A stretch of 64,000 nt of DNA, from contig MU058337.1 of the NCBI GenBank assembly GCA_013265495.1, forward strand, positions 5,436,716 to 5,500,715, given 5' to 3'. Each line of letters opens with the position of its first letter. The first letter of the stretch is position 1. This DNA comes from Vicugna vicugna (lineage: Eukaryota). A model generated the notes under the pieces. The model saw only the letters and a program-made list of their open reading frames with translations. It ran no database searches and was not told the origin of the DNA. Made by a program: the position numbers and the translations under genes. Of the stretch, positions 12,331-26,745 are shown one piece after another.

Positions 12331-13964
12331 CAGAATCCCACTTCATAAATTTCAGTAGTGATGATTTAAGGGCAGCAGAAATCAAAGAGATAGCACTCTG
12401 GTGTTTGTACTTTTAAACATAGCAAGCCTTTTTCATTTTTCTTATGAAACCCTAAAGCCACTTAAAAACAAAACTACACAGACCCACGGCAAAAATCCTG
12501 AACAGAGACCCACCACTGTTAGCTCCCCTGATAAAGTGATTTTCAGCCAGCACTTGGAAATTCTCATTACATCCCGATTGCCTTTGGAAATGCCAATCAG
12601 TGTCAAGTGGATGGCAGAATCCTTCACTCTGTGTGAAGAAACTCTCCCAGCCCCTTGCAAATGTTTTCCCCAAAGAGTAGTAAGAAATCAAAAGAAAATA
12701 AGAGGCCGATGTTTGGTGATTCCCACGACACAAACAAAGGAATAATAAAATAAAACTTTTCCCTTAACAATTACTTGTCAGGAGACACTTCTGGCTCCTA
12801 GTGCACTAGAAGGACTCACTTTTCTCTTGCCCAGGAGAACACTGAGTCCCCAGGAACCTGAAGATGACAAGTTGAGGGGGGAACTTGACAACCAAAAAGC
12901 CAAGAGGGGCAGCGGCGGGGGTTTGATGAAGCCATGCAGGGAACATGAAAGCACACGTTAGGCAAGATTTTCTCGAGTAATTACCCTGGCTTTGAACAAC
13001 TGTAATTCCCATGGCAACCTCACTTGGCAGAGACCATGTTTTTAAAAATAGCCCGGTTTGATTACCTTTTATCACGTAGTTTATAATACCTGTCTTTCTC
13101 TGTAAGCAGTGAGCAAACAAGAATCTTACGTCTTTACAGCCGACGTGTGGCTCGCCCAGACCCTAAAGGAGAGAGACAGCAGACAGTGCTGTCCCTCTTT
13201 TCCCGGGGGAGGAACGGCCGGCCTTCCATCCCCATAGAAACGGGTTCCCAAGCACTAATTCCCGCTCTTTCTCTCCCACTCACCCACACCCGGGGCATCG
13301 TCCAGGGGCTCCTTTTCTTCCTCATTAAAGGATAAACCTGCATGTCTTGAGAGGAGCTGCTCTAGTGTCCAAGCAGAAGGGAACCAGGCAGTGGTTTTCT
13401 ACTCATTTTGTTCCCTCTATATTATTGGCATTAAGCCCTCGATGTCTTAAGTGGAGTGCTTCTCAGTAAACTGAGACGTGAACTTGGCTTTCCAGTAACC
13501 CTGTTAATAAAAGCCGCCCGCTCGGTCCTCAGAATCATCTTATCAAAGTCAAGGTTTCCACCCTGGTTGGATCTGCGGGCTCTCACTGTCTTTTACTGAC
13601 CTCCCTGATCTCAGCTGGGGTGCCATTTCTGAGATCAGCACCTCCCATGTCTGGGGACCATGAGGGAACCTCCCAGAGTCACATCAGCATGAGACAGATG
13701 GAGAGATGAGGGCCGTCCCAGTCACCCCCTTGTGGCCCTGCACCTCCTAGTACAGTGTCGGATCCCGTATGACAAAGAGCAGTGAGTATTTCTCCAACAG
13801 GAGAGCAGTGTCTGCTGTCTCTTACCTGCCTCCTTTCTGCTAAGCACATAGCAAGTTTCATAATAAGCTTTCGTAATTAATAGCTAGTGAATGTAGAAAA
13901 TAAGGAGGAAGAGGAAAAAAAGTAGTTACTGTGTTTTATTGACTCTTCATTTCCGTAAGTCTTC

Positions 13965-14250
13965 AGCGTTCGCTCAGTCATTCAACAGACGTTTATGGAA
14001 CCCCTGTTGTTCGTCTGACACTTTTCTGGGCTATGGGAATTCAGCGGTGAGGGAGATGTAAACTGTTCCCTTTAGAAGCTTTATCTAACGGGGAGAAACA
14101 CATAAATGGATGAAAGTAAAAAGTATTACAGGAACACGAAATAGGACCCCCCAACTCCTCCTGTAGGAGAAGGTAGATTGAGCAATACAAGAGGAAGGTG
14201 CTCTGGCCGGAGAGAGAGGCATTTGGAAAGGCACAGACAGCATGATCTGC
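13965..14250 (-). mobile_element. L2 fragment
   Basis: cattcaacagacgtttatggaac...ctgggctatgggaattcagcggtga, antisense L2 tail. Confidence 0.6.
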
Positions 14251-16592
14251 TTAAAGCACCTGATTGTGAGAAACAGAGTAGAATCGTGATTAAGACCAGT
14301 AATGGTGATTAAGTGATGTAAGTTCTAGTCTTCATCTATAAAGCAGAGATAATTATTTTTAAGGTTTGTTTTGAGAATTAAATAATATATTTTAAGTGAT
14401 TAGCCTCCCACCTGGCTGGGTATATGATATATGTGCGTATCACACCAGATAAGAAAGGTTACTTTAATTAAACCATGACATGAAGTCAGACTCAGTGAAA
14501 TAGACTTATATTTATCAATCAAGAAAAATTACTTCTGCTTAAGTTAACCTTCAGACATGAGTCTAGTTGAGCACAATATTTATTAGTTACTGATTCTTCC
14601 CTCATTGTCCATGAGTCTGATTTTTTTTAAATCTGAACTTTTTATGATATTTCAGTTACTACCCCCATTGCCTACCTAGTGTCTTAGATTCTCAAGAAGT
14701 AAATTAAATTGTTCGAGAGGGATTTGCTGTTCACAAAGCCTTGTTGATTGCCATGCAGCGTTTTATAATTTTCTGTGTGATTATAGAGGGTTTGATGATT
14801 TGTTCCCGTAACTCCGCACATAGCAAGTTACTCTGCCTGATGTGTAATTTCCAAGGATGAACATTAACTCACTTTTAAAAAGAGAGAACAGCCGGTATTC
14901 ATCTTTTGGGCTTTGACTCTTCTGAAAGCATTTTCTAACATAATACCTTAACATCTCTGCAGTGCCACTCAAGACGTGTCTCTGGGAGAAGAGTTCGGAG
15001 ATGACACACCGCTACCGCTAACCAGCGGCTGTGTCACAAAGATGCAAAGTAGCGTGCGCCCGGCGAGGGGGAAGTGTGTTCCTCGGCCCAGTGCGAAAAC
15101 TCTGCCGCCTCTCTCTGTAGCAAACAAATGCGTTAGTAGATAATTGATTGCCCACTTATTCACAATCACGGAGAGGAAACACAAAGCTTTATAAATGAGA
15201 GCTTTCCCCCCATTTTTATTGATCTTTGAAGTATGTTTTTGAGCTCAGATTAAAACATGGCTGCATTTCCGTGCACAGTCTCATGAGACAGTCATTTCTA
15301 GAGGACGTTTATCTGCAAAGAGTGCACAGGTCCTGGGTCAAAAGCACGTTTTGCTGCTTTCAGCCAGCTTGAGAGTAGGAATTCCCTGCCGGTGATTTTT
15401 TTCTTGCAGAATATTTAATTGTGTAATCATTTTTAGTTTGGAATTACATGTAATTTGTTCGGTGCACATTCATTGGGGGTCAGAAGTCTAGGAGGAAGCG
15501 TTTTCTACGTGACGTAGAAGGCTTTGAATCAAGTGTTTTCGGTACTGTCTCCAAAACAGGTCTGAGAGAGCTGGGGGTGCAGCCAGACCTGTCTTTCAAG
15601 TTTGTGTTTTGCTCCCCCTTTTAAACGTTCTTCCCTTTTAAACTGTATTTTCCATTAAGTCTTAATGTGTTGTAGTTGCTGCTTGCTGCTAACTTGCTTG
15701 GTAGTTGAATCTGAAGTTCAAATACAACTGGATCGTAACTGGGGACCCAGGGCTGCTCCTTTATCATCAGAGTGCCGTGGATGTTAGATTGACAAGCAGC
15801 TGCTCGGTTAAAAGCTTCTGGCATTTTCTCCCAGAATCATAAGCCCACTCATCTTTCTTTTACTCTCTGCAGATTTTCAGTCTTTCTGTTCACGTGAACT
15901 ATCACCATGAATTTATCTTGGTTTTGCTTCTGTAGTTTCTTAGCATGTGTTATATTTTATTCCCAATTAGCATTATATTTAAACATACCAAATTTTTTTC
16001 TATAGTTGAAGATAATATTTTCCTCTCACCCTTTGTATCATCAGTTCTCATTCCCCTCGTTTAGCTGAGACATAAGTAGTTGGAGATGTGACCAGCTCCA
16101 TGAGGACAGGCATTCATGACTACAGCAGGCTCATAAAACGGAAGGGCAAAGAAGTCAAGCCAGTGACGTTTCCAGTCATTTAGTTTCTGGGTTTATAATT
16201 GGCTTTTGTATCTCAAGTGAAGGAGGCATTGCAAAATAAGCAGTCCTCCTTTGTCATTTTTACCTGATTCACATCTGTTATTTTAAGGGTTCATTTCCTA
16301 AGGGAAAAAAAAAAGGGTAGAACACAAAGAGAGCCCTCTTTTAATATTAAGAAATTAAGAAATTCATTCATCCTTTAATATATTTCAGGAATGAACTAGG
16401 CACAGTACTAGACAATGGAGGAAAGTGTAGTGGACAAGGAATACACCATCCTTATGATCTGGAGCTTATGATCTAGTGGAATTCACAGAAAGACGAAAGG
16501 ATGTTTCACACACACAGCAGGGATCACATGTACTGGGCGCCCTGGAGCCCAAAAGAGGAGCAAAGATTGGGGAGAGGTGTGTGTATCTGAGA

Positions 16593-16627
16593 GTGTGTGT
16601 GTGTGTGTGTGTGTGAGTGTGTGTGTG
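16593..16627. repeat. (GT)n microsatellite with one interruption
   Basis: Directly visible. Confidence 0.95.
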
Positions 16628-17889
16628 CACACGTGTACACATGTGCCTGCACACATACATATTTATATATATTTTAACTTTGGTGCCTCTGTTTCTTCAG
16701 GATTCAGAACTTATAGTGTTGAAGTAACTTAAGTTCAGAAATCTTGACCCATCATCTAAAATCCACTTTTCACCAAATTCACATTCTAGGACATACTTCA
16801 AAGCTTTCCAACGTGCTGTTATAATGTATATAACCTCCATATATACATTGTAAAGGATTATTTTAACCCTGCTGCCACCAACACTAGTCACTTTTTTCAG
16901 ATTCTTTCTTTCTAAGCATCATGTCAATTCTGTAAAGAGTTTATTTTATGGAAACATCTTGCCATGTGCAGGCTCTGTCTTATTAATTTTCAGTTCACAG
17001 GTGCATGAAAAATTCAAATACAGATAAATGAAACACGACCTTCAACCTGTGCAGTTTTAAGTAATTGCTTATTTCCAATCACTATATTTTATGGGGGATA
17101 CTCAATAAAGAGGCTTATTACAATAATTACACTGCACCTCTCTAGCAGAAATGACGTTCATCAAGCCTGTTCACTGGACCATGATTGAGGGGTTCATGGT
17201 CATACGTTTTTATAAATGCTTTCCCATTTATTACCAATCTGTTGATATTTTCAAAGTGAGAAAAGAAAAACAAGGTCTCTCAAACTTTTCACCAGTTAGC
17301 AACAGAAATGTGTGGTTAGCAACTTCAAGTCAAACATCGTTAGTTGAATATTTATAATATTTATGGTTTTCTTTCTCAAAGAGATATTAATGGCTTCATT
17401 TTGAAGAGGGTTCCTAGAGTGAAAGATGATTATTTAGATCTAAGCGTGGAACATCCCAAAAGAATCTAATATTCCCTGATAGGTCCATGGTTACTCCCAG
17501 GTGATTGAATAAGTTAAACTAATGTTCCGGTTAACTGAAAGTTGTGATGGATCCCTGATTTTAAGGATTCAGTAAATATAAAATATAAGTAGTATAAACC
17601 ATACTGACTCTAATGGGTAAGAAAGTTCATGAGCTCTTTACCGCTTCAAGGTCGTTATTTTAAAAATCAATTATGCATATATAGAACCAAGAAAAAAATT
17701 GGCTGGTTTAGAGTTTTGCATTCGGAGTTGGGATAAGTCAGAGCATGTTAGATGTGTAAACCAGATCTTTCGAGTCAAGCAGACAATGTTTTAATACAGG
17801 ATAGCTCGGAAAATGCTTTTTTATACTGTTTTTTATATTGCTTTTTTAATACCTTTGTTTAATACTGTGACATTTTACATAGATATCAT

Positions 17890-18060
17890 GATGTAGTGAA
17901 AAGCTGTGCAATCCAGAACTCTATCATAATTCTGCAATTTATTATCTGGGTAACCTTAGACAACTGAACTTCTACGAACCTCAGATTCCTCATTTGTAAA
18001 AAAGAGATAATAATATCTACCTCTGAGGAGTAATTTGAAGATTAAAATTTCAATATGTAT
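17890..18060 (+). mobile_element. MIR SINE
   Basis: Core motif cctcagattcctcatttgtaaaaagagataataatatctacctc. Confidence 0.75.
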
Positions 18061-18064
18061 ATAT

Positions 18065-18730
18065 TACATCAACACATGATCAAAGAGCCAAGGAGCTCAG
18101 TAAGGATTTAGAGACTTGAAATATACAGGTTACCAGCTTACATTTATACAGTTCTGCATTCAGTGACTAAAGTATACACAGTCTGATTCAAGGACACATG
18201 AACAATTTATAGAACATGACCCTTTACTATACCATAAAGGAATTCTAAATATAAGCTAAATCAAAATCTTAAAGAAGACGTAATTTGACCAATGTGTAAT
18301 AAAATTAGAAACCAAATAACAACCGCAAAAAACACTCACACATTTAGAAATTTTAAAACCACTTCCAAATAACTGAGGAAGAAACCACGATGGAAATAAA
18401 AATCATCTAGAACTGAAAAGTAATGAACGTGATATATATCAAACTTGTGAGAAGTAGCTGATAGCATTTTTAAAGGGAAAATCACAGCATTGAATGCATA
18501 TTTAGTAAAGGGATAAATGCTGACATGAATCTGCCATGTATTCCACTTCAAGGATTTAGAAAAATATCAACCAAGAAGAAGAAGGAGAAAAATAAAAATT
18601 AAAGTAAATAGTAATCAAATGGGGGAAAAGAAGCAATAAATAATAGCAATAAAACCAGAAACCTGTTCTTTGAAAAGACTAATCAAAGTGATAAATCTGC
18701 AAAATTGAACAAGAAAAAAGTAAAGAGCCT
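18065..18730 (+). mobile_element. Degenerate L1 ORF2 (endonuclease-region) fragment
   Basis: A-rich; atatcaaacttgtgaga...gggaaaatcacagcattgaatgcata...ttctttgaaaagactaatcaaagtgataaa. Confidence 0.7.
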
Positions 18731-18909
18731 TCTGGAAAGATGACAGAGACCTTTGCATGTTTTTTCAATCATCTTTAATTCCCACATGAAAATAAACAGA
18801 ATACCTAGATAGCAAACCAAAAATCCACAAACACTGGCAGCAAAGCAAGGTAAACCACAAACCCTAAACAAAAGCAGATGCAGACAAGCCGACAGCCGTG
18901 TGAGTTGCA

Positions 18910-19232
18910 TGGTATCGTAGTCTGTTTGAACAGACCGGATGGCTTAACCAGTAAACACTCACTTCCCACAGTTCTGGAGGCTGGAGTCCAAGATCAGGTG
19001 TCAGCAGAGTCAGTGTCTGGTTCCTGCTCTTGGTTCACAGATGGCTGCCTTCGTGCTGTGTCCTCACGTTTCTTTCTCTTCTTATGAGGACACCAATCCC
19101 ATCATAAGAACCCCACCCTCCTGACCTCACCCCAACCTGACTGCCTTCCAAAGGCCCCTCTCCTAAGACCATCACACTGAGGTTAGGGCTTCAACATAGG
19201 AACCTGGGGACACACATTCAGTCCCTGACACA
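18910..19232 (-). mobile_element. MaLR solo LTR (MLT1A-like)
   Basis: cacagttctggaggctggagtccaagatcaggtg...ttagggcttcaacatagga...acacattcagtcc. Confidence 0.85.
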
Positions 19233-19559
19233 CGGTATTGGTGCCTGTAGGGAAGAAGCCACGATTAACTGCAGGGCATCAGATGTTTCCAGGAACAAAC
19301 ACCGTCTTGCCTCCACACTGAACAAAAACATCCAGGAGAGGAAACACAAGTAAACAGTCGGGTAACAAGAGTCAGTGACAAAAGAAAAAGCAGATCCAGA
19401 TAAAATCAGTGGCGTCGTCGGGGAGTGTGAACAGAGCCAGGAAAGCCCAGAAGGAAGGTGTGTATTTATTTGATCCCCTTGTTCACACAGAAGAGGAAGC
19501 TCTGAAGTCAGGAGAGAAGTACCGGGAATGCAGGAAAACTAATTTTGCATGAACACGAG

Positions 19560-20580
19560 CAACCGAAAATGATCCAAGTCAAATTCCCTCCAAAAGTCAC
19601 GGGAAAAACAGAGCCAGGAGAGAATGCTGTCCTGTAGACAGTGAGAGCTGCTGTAAAGACACGCCCACAAAGAGCTCAAACCGCATTGGCTACTGTAAAG
19701 TGGGCGAAAGACATTACAAATTACCTAAGGTTAGAAGAGCAACGTGAGAATCAGAAAAACTCATAAAGAAGGTACTAGAACTCAGGAAAGAATTGTAAAT
19801 AAAAGCAACAGAGACTAAACTAGCAGGAACACAGAGTGCCCACATGCATCAGCTGATGCCTTAAGAGAAATAGAAAGGAAAGGAGAAATTTTAAGAAATC
19901 AAAAAGAAATGAAGAAAGAGATGGATTTGATCTAAAAGAAAATGGCAAATTAAGAAAGTCAAAAAAATATCCAACACCTACATTTTAGGAGTCCCAAAAG
20001 AGGAAAAAAAAACAAAGTAATAGAACAGAAAAAGTACTAAACTTTGCTGAATAAGAAAAGGATTTTAAAGTACACATCAATAAGTGAATTAACATGTATC
20101 ATCATGCTATTTTGTTAAAATAATGATGAGCACTTATTGTCATCAAACATGTTTTTAGATCTCGTAATTTTTATAATCACAGAAGACTTAATAAACCAGG
20201 TAACTAAACGAATAAGTAAAAAGTACATATTGAAATCACACAGCATGTATCTGAAAACGTCAGTCATGAATGACCAAAAATAAGACACATTCCAGATAAA
20301 TTATAGAACTTCAATTTTTTTAAAATAATATCTTCTCCAAAATGAAGAACAAATGATTTTTAAAGGAAGGAACCTTAGATCATCATCAGACTTTTCAACA
20401 GCAATGCTTTATGTCAGAAGGAAATGGAGTAACATATATAGGGTCCCCGGGAGAGAACAGGTGAGCCGGGGTTTCTTACATCCAGGAAAACTGACTTTCA
20501 AGATGTAAGAACATAATATACAAGGTTAGTCATAGTGTTTCCAGGAGCCTTTCCTGAGGAAGTACTGAAAAGACACAGTT
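19560..20580 (+). mobile_element. Old HAL1/L1 ORF1-like fragment
   Basis: catcagacttttcaacagcaatgcttt...agaaggaaatggagtaacatat...catccaggaaaactgactttcaag. Confidence 0.55.
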
Positions 20581-20879
20581 CACACGAGCAAAATGGACTC
20601 TAGAATGTCTGAGATGCTGACACAAGACCCCGTGGTCAGCAGTGAAGGTTTAGGATTAAGTGCGGAATTACAGCCACTTCAGGGCTAAACTGAAAAATAA
20701 GGTGCGTAGCAGCTCTTTGCTCCGCGAACGTGAGCACAGCGCAAGGATACAAGTGACCGGGGAGGCCGGGCAAATGCAAGCGGACACCTTCAAAATCTTC
20801 GTTAGGTGTACTGTGGTGCATGGACAGGTGGTGTACTTCTGAGACTACTGTCAATGAAACGTGAAATAAAATGAACAGC

Positions 20880-21850
20880 TATGAGACAGTCTAAATCTGT
20901 CACCCCCTGTGTCCTTGGTCATCGAGAGCCTTGAGGTGGGGGTGGGGGGAGACACAGATGTCACATAAAAGAGGTTCCGTAAAAACCCCTGTGTCCTGAA
21001 TTTAAATTGAAAATATCACAGTAAAGATCAGGCAAAGTCCTCAAAACCATGATCAGCTCAGCAGCAATATCACTGGCGTCCAGATCGTGTTCTTGAAACA
21101 CCACTTCTCAGTGAATAATCCAGGACTTCTTGGAGAAAATTGTTGAGTTGGAACAGGAAGCATACGAGGCGAGTTTGGAGCATCTTGTCCCACCTGAGAA
21201 CAAGGAAGCTCTGCCAAGGACTACAAGAATCATGTTGAAAGAACCTACGGGCCAAACTTGAAAAAGCTCCCGGGAAACACAGTTGGGATCATTTGACCTA
21301 CATTAAGGACAATCATTGTCATGGGTTGAAACCAATCAAATATGTTTAAATCCTTGAGTTCCTAATGACATTTGTTAAGTTGTCTTTGATCACCTTTGGA
21401 GGATGATAGAAAGTCAATTAATTCTATAAAAACTAGTAAGTAAAGAATCAAGCATGTACCTTGCCTTCTCCTTCTCCTTATGAATTGTCCTACCGAGTAA
21501 CCAAATAATACGTGAGGCAAAGGGCCTCATTATAAAAGTATTCCAACTAAGAAATGAAAAAGAAATGACAGTTTTACAAACTGGACAAATTATCCATCTG
21601 AGCAATGACTGTCAATACCGCCAACATCACAAAAGAGGGACAACCAGATGTGATGTGCCTTCTGATCAGACCTGAGTCTGATGAAACGCTGGATCAGGAA
21701 ATACGGAGAACAGAGCAACTCGGTGGGCCATACCATGAATGTACACTTAGCAAAATCCAGGCTCCCAGAAGCTACGGGTCAAACAGCCCAAGGTCTTCAA
21801 CCGTAAGGTATAAAAAGAGGAACCTGTAGATCAAAACTCTTGAAAGACCT
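20880..21850 (+). mobile_element. Old L1 (L1MC-like) 3'UTR fragment
   Basis: tataaaagtattccaactaagaaatgaa...acatcacaaaagagggacaaccagatgtgatgtgcct; by eye. Confidence 0.5.
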
Positions 21851-22337
21851 CTCCAGAAAGTCACCTAGGCCCCTGCATTGCTGTGTCCTTCAGCTCCAGA
21901 TTACTCAATCACAGATAACTTTATGCAAAATGATTTGAGCTTCCACACTCTTGAATTCCATGTGAAAGTGGACAATTCTGGAAATATCATTTAAGTTAAA
22001 ATTTTAAGACTTAAATCGTTTCTGGGTTGTTTGAACACTTAAATTTAGCTTCTTTGTTTTTGATTATTAATTCAGTCAAAGAATAGTTACCTTGTGGAGT
22101 TGAATGTATTAGGTTTACAAACAAAATAATCACCCAAAAAAAGTGACTTTTCACCTAATTAAATTCTTTTCAGTGAAAACACTATGTAAATATGTCACCT
22201 GTATCCTCCTTTTTAAGTCCTACACTTCTGATAGGTTTATATGCAGAATGAACAATTACTCACATCTTTCATAAATTGTAATTTAATTCCTTAAGTGTTT
22301 TGACCGCATTTCAGGTGCCTGTCAGTATCTTCTAGAG

Positions 22338-22351
22338 CCAGCAGAGGGCAC
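22338..22351 (+). promoter_or_regulatory. CTCF-type motif CCAGCAGAGGGCAC
   Basis: Full match to CCASYAGRKGGCRS; binding is not shown by sequence alone. Confidence 0.55.
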
Positions 22352-22520
22352 TGCAGAGCCGTGTAGCTCTGAGTTACTTAGGGTCCTTTGCTAAAAGAAC
22401 TGCGCAAAGCTTTACTAAAGAAATAGGAGAAACTGCAAGGATAACTAGGTAATCACTACAGGCATTCTTTATTTACCAGGAGAAAGAGCAGTTTCTAAAT
22501 ACATCTCTAGGCATCAAATG

Positions 22521-22558
22521 TAGGTAAGTAGGTAGGTCGGTCGGTCGGTCGGTCGGTC
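22521..22558. repeat. Compound (GGTA)n/(GGTC)6 tetranucleotide repeat
   Basis: Directly visible. Confidence 0.9.
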
Positions 22559-24866
22559 AATCAGTCTAGAGGTAGAAATACCTATAAATAAGGAAAGATA
22601 TCTCCTTTCTTTCTTCTTTCAAGAATGTCCCAAAGCTGAACTGAAGTTCTTCAATTACAGTATTAATTCTTATGCTGTATTCTGCTGTTAGTTATAACAT
22701 CAGTTCTCAAGTACTCCTCCCTGGTACAGATTAGTAACGTTGTTTTGTTTCACTCAGTTCAGGTTGAGGGCACAGGAGGTCTGGTAGCCCTTTAGAAATC
22801 CTGGGCAGTGCAGCAATAGTTTTGGAAACTATATAACAGATATTGTCCCTGGTTTCTGCAAAGGTCTTTCCCAACATGAAGAACACTGTTTTGAGTGTCC
22901 GCTGCCCAGTTGCAGGGGCAGCGGCTGGGTGACTGAGTTCAGACCATCACCTCACACTGAGGGAAAGACGGCTCAGGCGTGTCTCTGTCCTTTAAAGATG
23001 AAGCAAGAGTTATGGGGTCCACAGTCCTCCCCTAAAACCTGCATGCTCGGGGCCTCTGTGGCCTGGGCTCTCCCGTGACTGTGAGCGCCCACAGGTGTCA
23101 AAAGAGCAGAAGCGCTGTCATTACGAGGCCTTTCAACTGAGTCTTCTGTCCCCAGAGTGACTCAAAACTGTTCCTTAGGAGGTGTGCTGGGATTCAGTCA
23201 ACACCAAAAGCCGCTCTTCAGCAGAAGGGAGAAGATGGGGGAAGGTTTCATGATACATCACAGTAAACAGCCTTTTGTGCACTACCCTGAAAATGTAATT
23301 TCCCCCCAAAATAATGATTCCCACTCTTGTTTCCTTTTCTACACGTTAATTTATTCTCCCAAGAGTTCTAGTGAATAATAAAACCAACTCAGTTTTTCAT
23401 TATTAAGAAAAATTGAGTGCACCGCTGTTCCTTGTGGGAGGGAAATTGCCAATGTGTTCAACGACCCTTCCCTTCATTACAGATCTGCTGTGAGATGGGA
23501 AGTCACGTTGCTGGTTATGACGTTATCTAGGTTGTCAGTTGAGGCTGAGCAGACCAGGGTGTGATGACCAGCTGTTCCCCAGCTCTGGCCATATGGACGT
23601 ATGGGTTGACGTTACAGCATTTGTTTATGGGTCTGTTTGCAGATTGGAGCTCGGTGACTTTGTACCCCAAGTTACCTGACTCTTGTTCATGAGAAACTGC
23701 GCGGTCTGTGTTTACTGAATTCATAGTTCTTCTGTCTCCTGCTTGTTTGTTCCTCCCTCTAATGTGAAACGCAGTCTGTTTATTGTGTTTCTGCCACTTG
23801 CCTTGCTTGAAGGACTGCCTAGCTCAGCACTCATAGTTTGCACCAAATTATCTTGCCCTTTGCACACATTTCTAACATCAGTCCTTCACCCACTGGCTCC
23901 TTTGCTTACAGAAAGCTTAACCATCCTTCAATGCCTAGTACAACTTCCGCCTCTTCAGTGACGTCTTTGCTAACTGTTTCAGGTACACCTGTTTCTCCCC
24001 CGCCCGAAGTCCTGTAGCCCCCTCGTCTTTTCTACAGTACATGCCACCCAGCACTTTACTAGCTATGATTTCCTGCTTTTTACTGATAATCTCACATTAT
24101 AGCCTTGCCTTCATAACTAAGCTTTTCGATCCTGGGAAGCAAGAACTCAGATTCCCAGTTACCCTTTGTCTCTAGTGGTCACTAAAATCATCCTGAGTAA
24201 ACCTAGTTTAATCTGTTGCTCAAAATGAGCAGGTCATTGTCCAAGTATTGTTTGTGGTCTGCACTTCCTAGTGACTGCGTCTTCCCGAGACACTGTGCCT
24301 TCCTCATCTTTCTCTGCCCTTCCCTGTCCCCTCAGCTTCCCTCCCTCTGTCACCAGCCTCACTTCTGCAATGATCAAGCAGGACAGAGCTGAGTTTGGGG
24401 AGTGTATATTCTGGTTTGGAGTCAGCTTCCAGGGTTTTTTTTTTCCTTAATCTTTGTGCCTGGAATAATTTCATCACCAACAAGAAAGAAATCTTGGAAG
24501 TTCATCTCCTTTGTCTGTATGTCTGTAGGCAGAACAACTCCTAAACTCATCATTCGGATTAGTATTGAGTCACAGGCGCAGAACCTGACTCAGATGTTCT
24601 GTGGGTTAGAGGACATTTTACTCAGCAGTGACAGTAGGGGTCCAATAGTCATTTCAACGTTAAATACTTTGGAACAGGAAAGCCTATTTGGATGTACGGA
24701 GATGTTATGACTAATGAGCGTAGACAGTGCATCGCCCCCGAAGCTGTGACATGTGGCCGCACAAGCGTGTCTGCAGTTCTGCCCAAAGAAGAGTAAAAAT
24801 AGAAATTAAAATTAAATGAGAGCATCAATTGTGTGATGATGATCTGGTGAAAAAATTCGTGTTTAA

Positions 24867-25064
<198 letters not shown>

Positions 25065-26434
25065 TAAAAGCAAGTAGGATTATATTATGCAAAGAAAGAG
25101 CTGATTTTTTTAATAATGAACTAATTTTCTGAGTATCAATATATACTTTCTGAAGGAAATTAGTTTTGGGTAACTATGAACTTACAAACAATGTCAAACC
25201 ATTATTAAGGTCTTTCCTGAAAAAGGAATATTTTATTAGCTCAGTCAGCCAATTTTTCCTCTTTCATGCACTTCAACATAAACTATAAGTGTAAACATTT
25301 ACAGAAAAGATGGAAATGACTTTAATTCTTACAAGTTTTGTGTCTGTTGTGATGCCCAAAGGGCAAATCACAATCTAAGGGGAAAATGGTAAAAGGGAAA
25401 GCTTTTAAAAATAATTACAATTTACTAACTTATTAAAAATAAATTTATTTAAAATCTGTGAGAATCAAAGGTGTATCCATTTTAGAATGCTTATAAAAAT
25501 GTATGATTTTAATGCTGCTTTCTAAAATCTGCCTTGAAATGAAGTACCAGAAAGGAAAATAAAGCTACTTACTTAAGGGTATTTTATAAGACTACATTAT
25601 AATATAAAGTAAAATGATCATTACAAAAATGCATAAGCACTTCAAATATAATTTATTGGTGCGTGTGTTACATAGACATGTGTAAGAAATACACCTGGAT
25701 GTTGGGAGCTGGAGGAGGAATGGCTGACAAGGTGCATAGATAAATTCGCAGTCGGAAGCCCTCCCCAAACTTGCATTCCTTGGGAGGAGTTCAATTCTCT
25801 TCTGCTCTGCCTTCCACACTAGGAATAGTCATTCAAGCATTTTCGCCAGGATCTGTAGCACTATAACTTGGATAACTGTAACGAGGAAATAAGGTTAATA
25901 AATATGATTTGAGAAACTATGTTGACTTTATAACACTACCTGAAATTTGTATGCCGAAACCAATTTTAATTCAGCAAGACGGAACGCTATTGTAGCTGTT
26001 TTTTATGTTGGCTGATGATTGATGCATAGAGTTGAGTATGTGTTCGGGGGGCCTTTTATGAGATGAGAATAAGTATTTCTGGGGCTTGTCTATTATCACC
26101 ATGGAATGTGATGAGATGAACCTAAAAAGTCTTGTTGAAATAGAGAAAGGAAACTTCTAAGCAAATTTATAGCCACCTGTGTCCCAGCTTCAGTTTGCTT
26201 CCAACCGGCTCAGTCCTGGCATTACGACGAGGCCTAAACACTACATGGTACTTCAGGGTCTTTATCAAGCTGGAATTATACTAGACGAGTCCATGGCAGA
26301 GTCGGTTCCTCGGGTCTTGAGGATTCTGCCCTCCTCACCCAAAACAGATCACGTGCTGGGTGCTGGACCAGCCCTGCAGGGGTGCTGGTGCTCTCCTGGG
26401 AACCAGAAACCACCCTCAGTGGGCTCTTCATCCT

Positions 26435-26745
26435 CAGAAACAGACTCGCAGACATACAGAACAAACCTATGGTTACCAGAGGGGAAGGAGGGTGAGAAGG
26501 GGTAAATTGGGAGTTTGAGATTTGCAGATACTAACTACTGTATATAAAATAGATAAACAACAAGGATTTACTGGGAACTAAATAGCACAGGGAACTAAAT
26601 TCAACATCTTGTATAGCCTATAATGAAAAAGAATCTGAAAATGAATATATGTGTGTGTATGTAGGACTGAAATCTTACACCTTACACCAGAAATTAACAC
26701 AACATTGCAAACTGACTATACTTCAATTGAAAAAAAAAGAAAAGA
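26435..26745 (+). mobile_element. L1 3' end (artiodactyl-type)
   Basis: gaaacagactcgcagacat...atggttaccagagggg...ctatacttcaattgaaaaaaaa. Confidence 0.9.

Noticed and set aside
13605..13638. 10-bp perfect inverted repeat ctgatctcag/ctgagatcag
   Set aside because: About one such stem is expected by chance in 64 kb.
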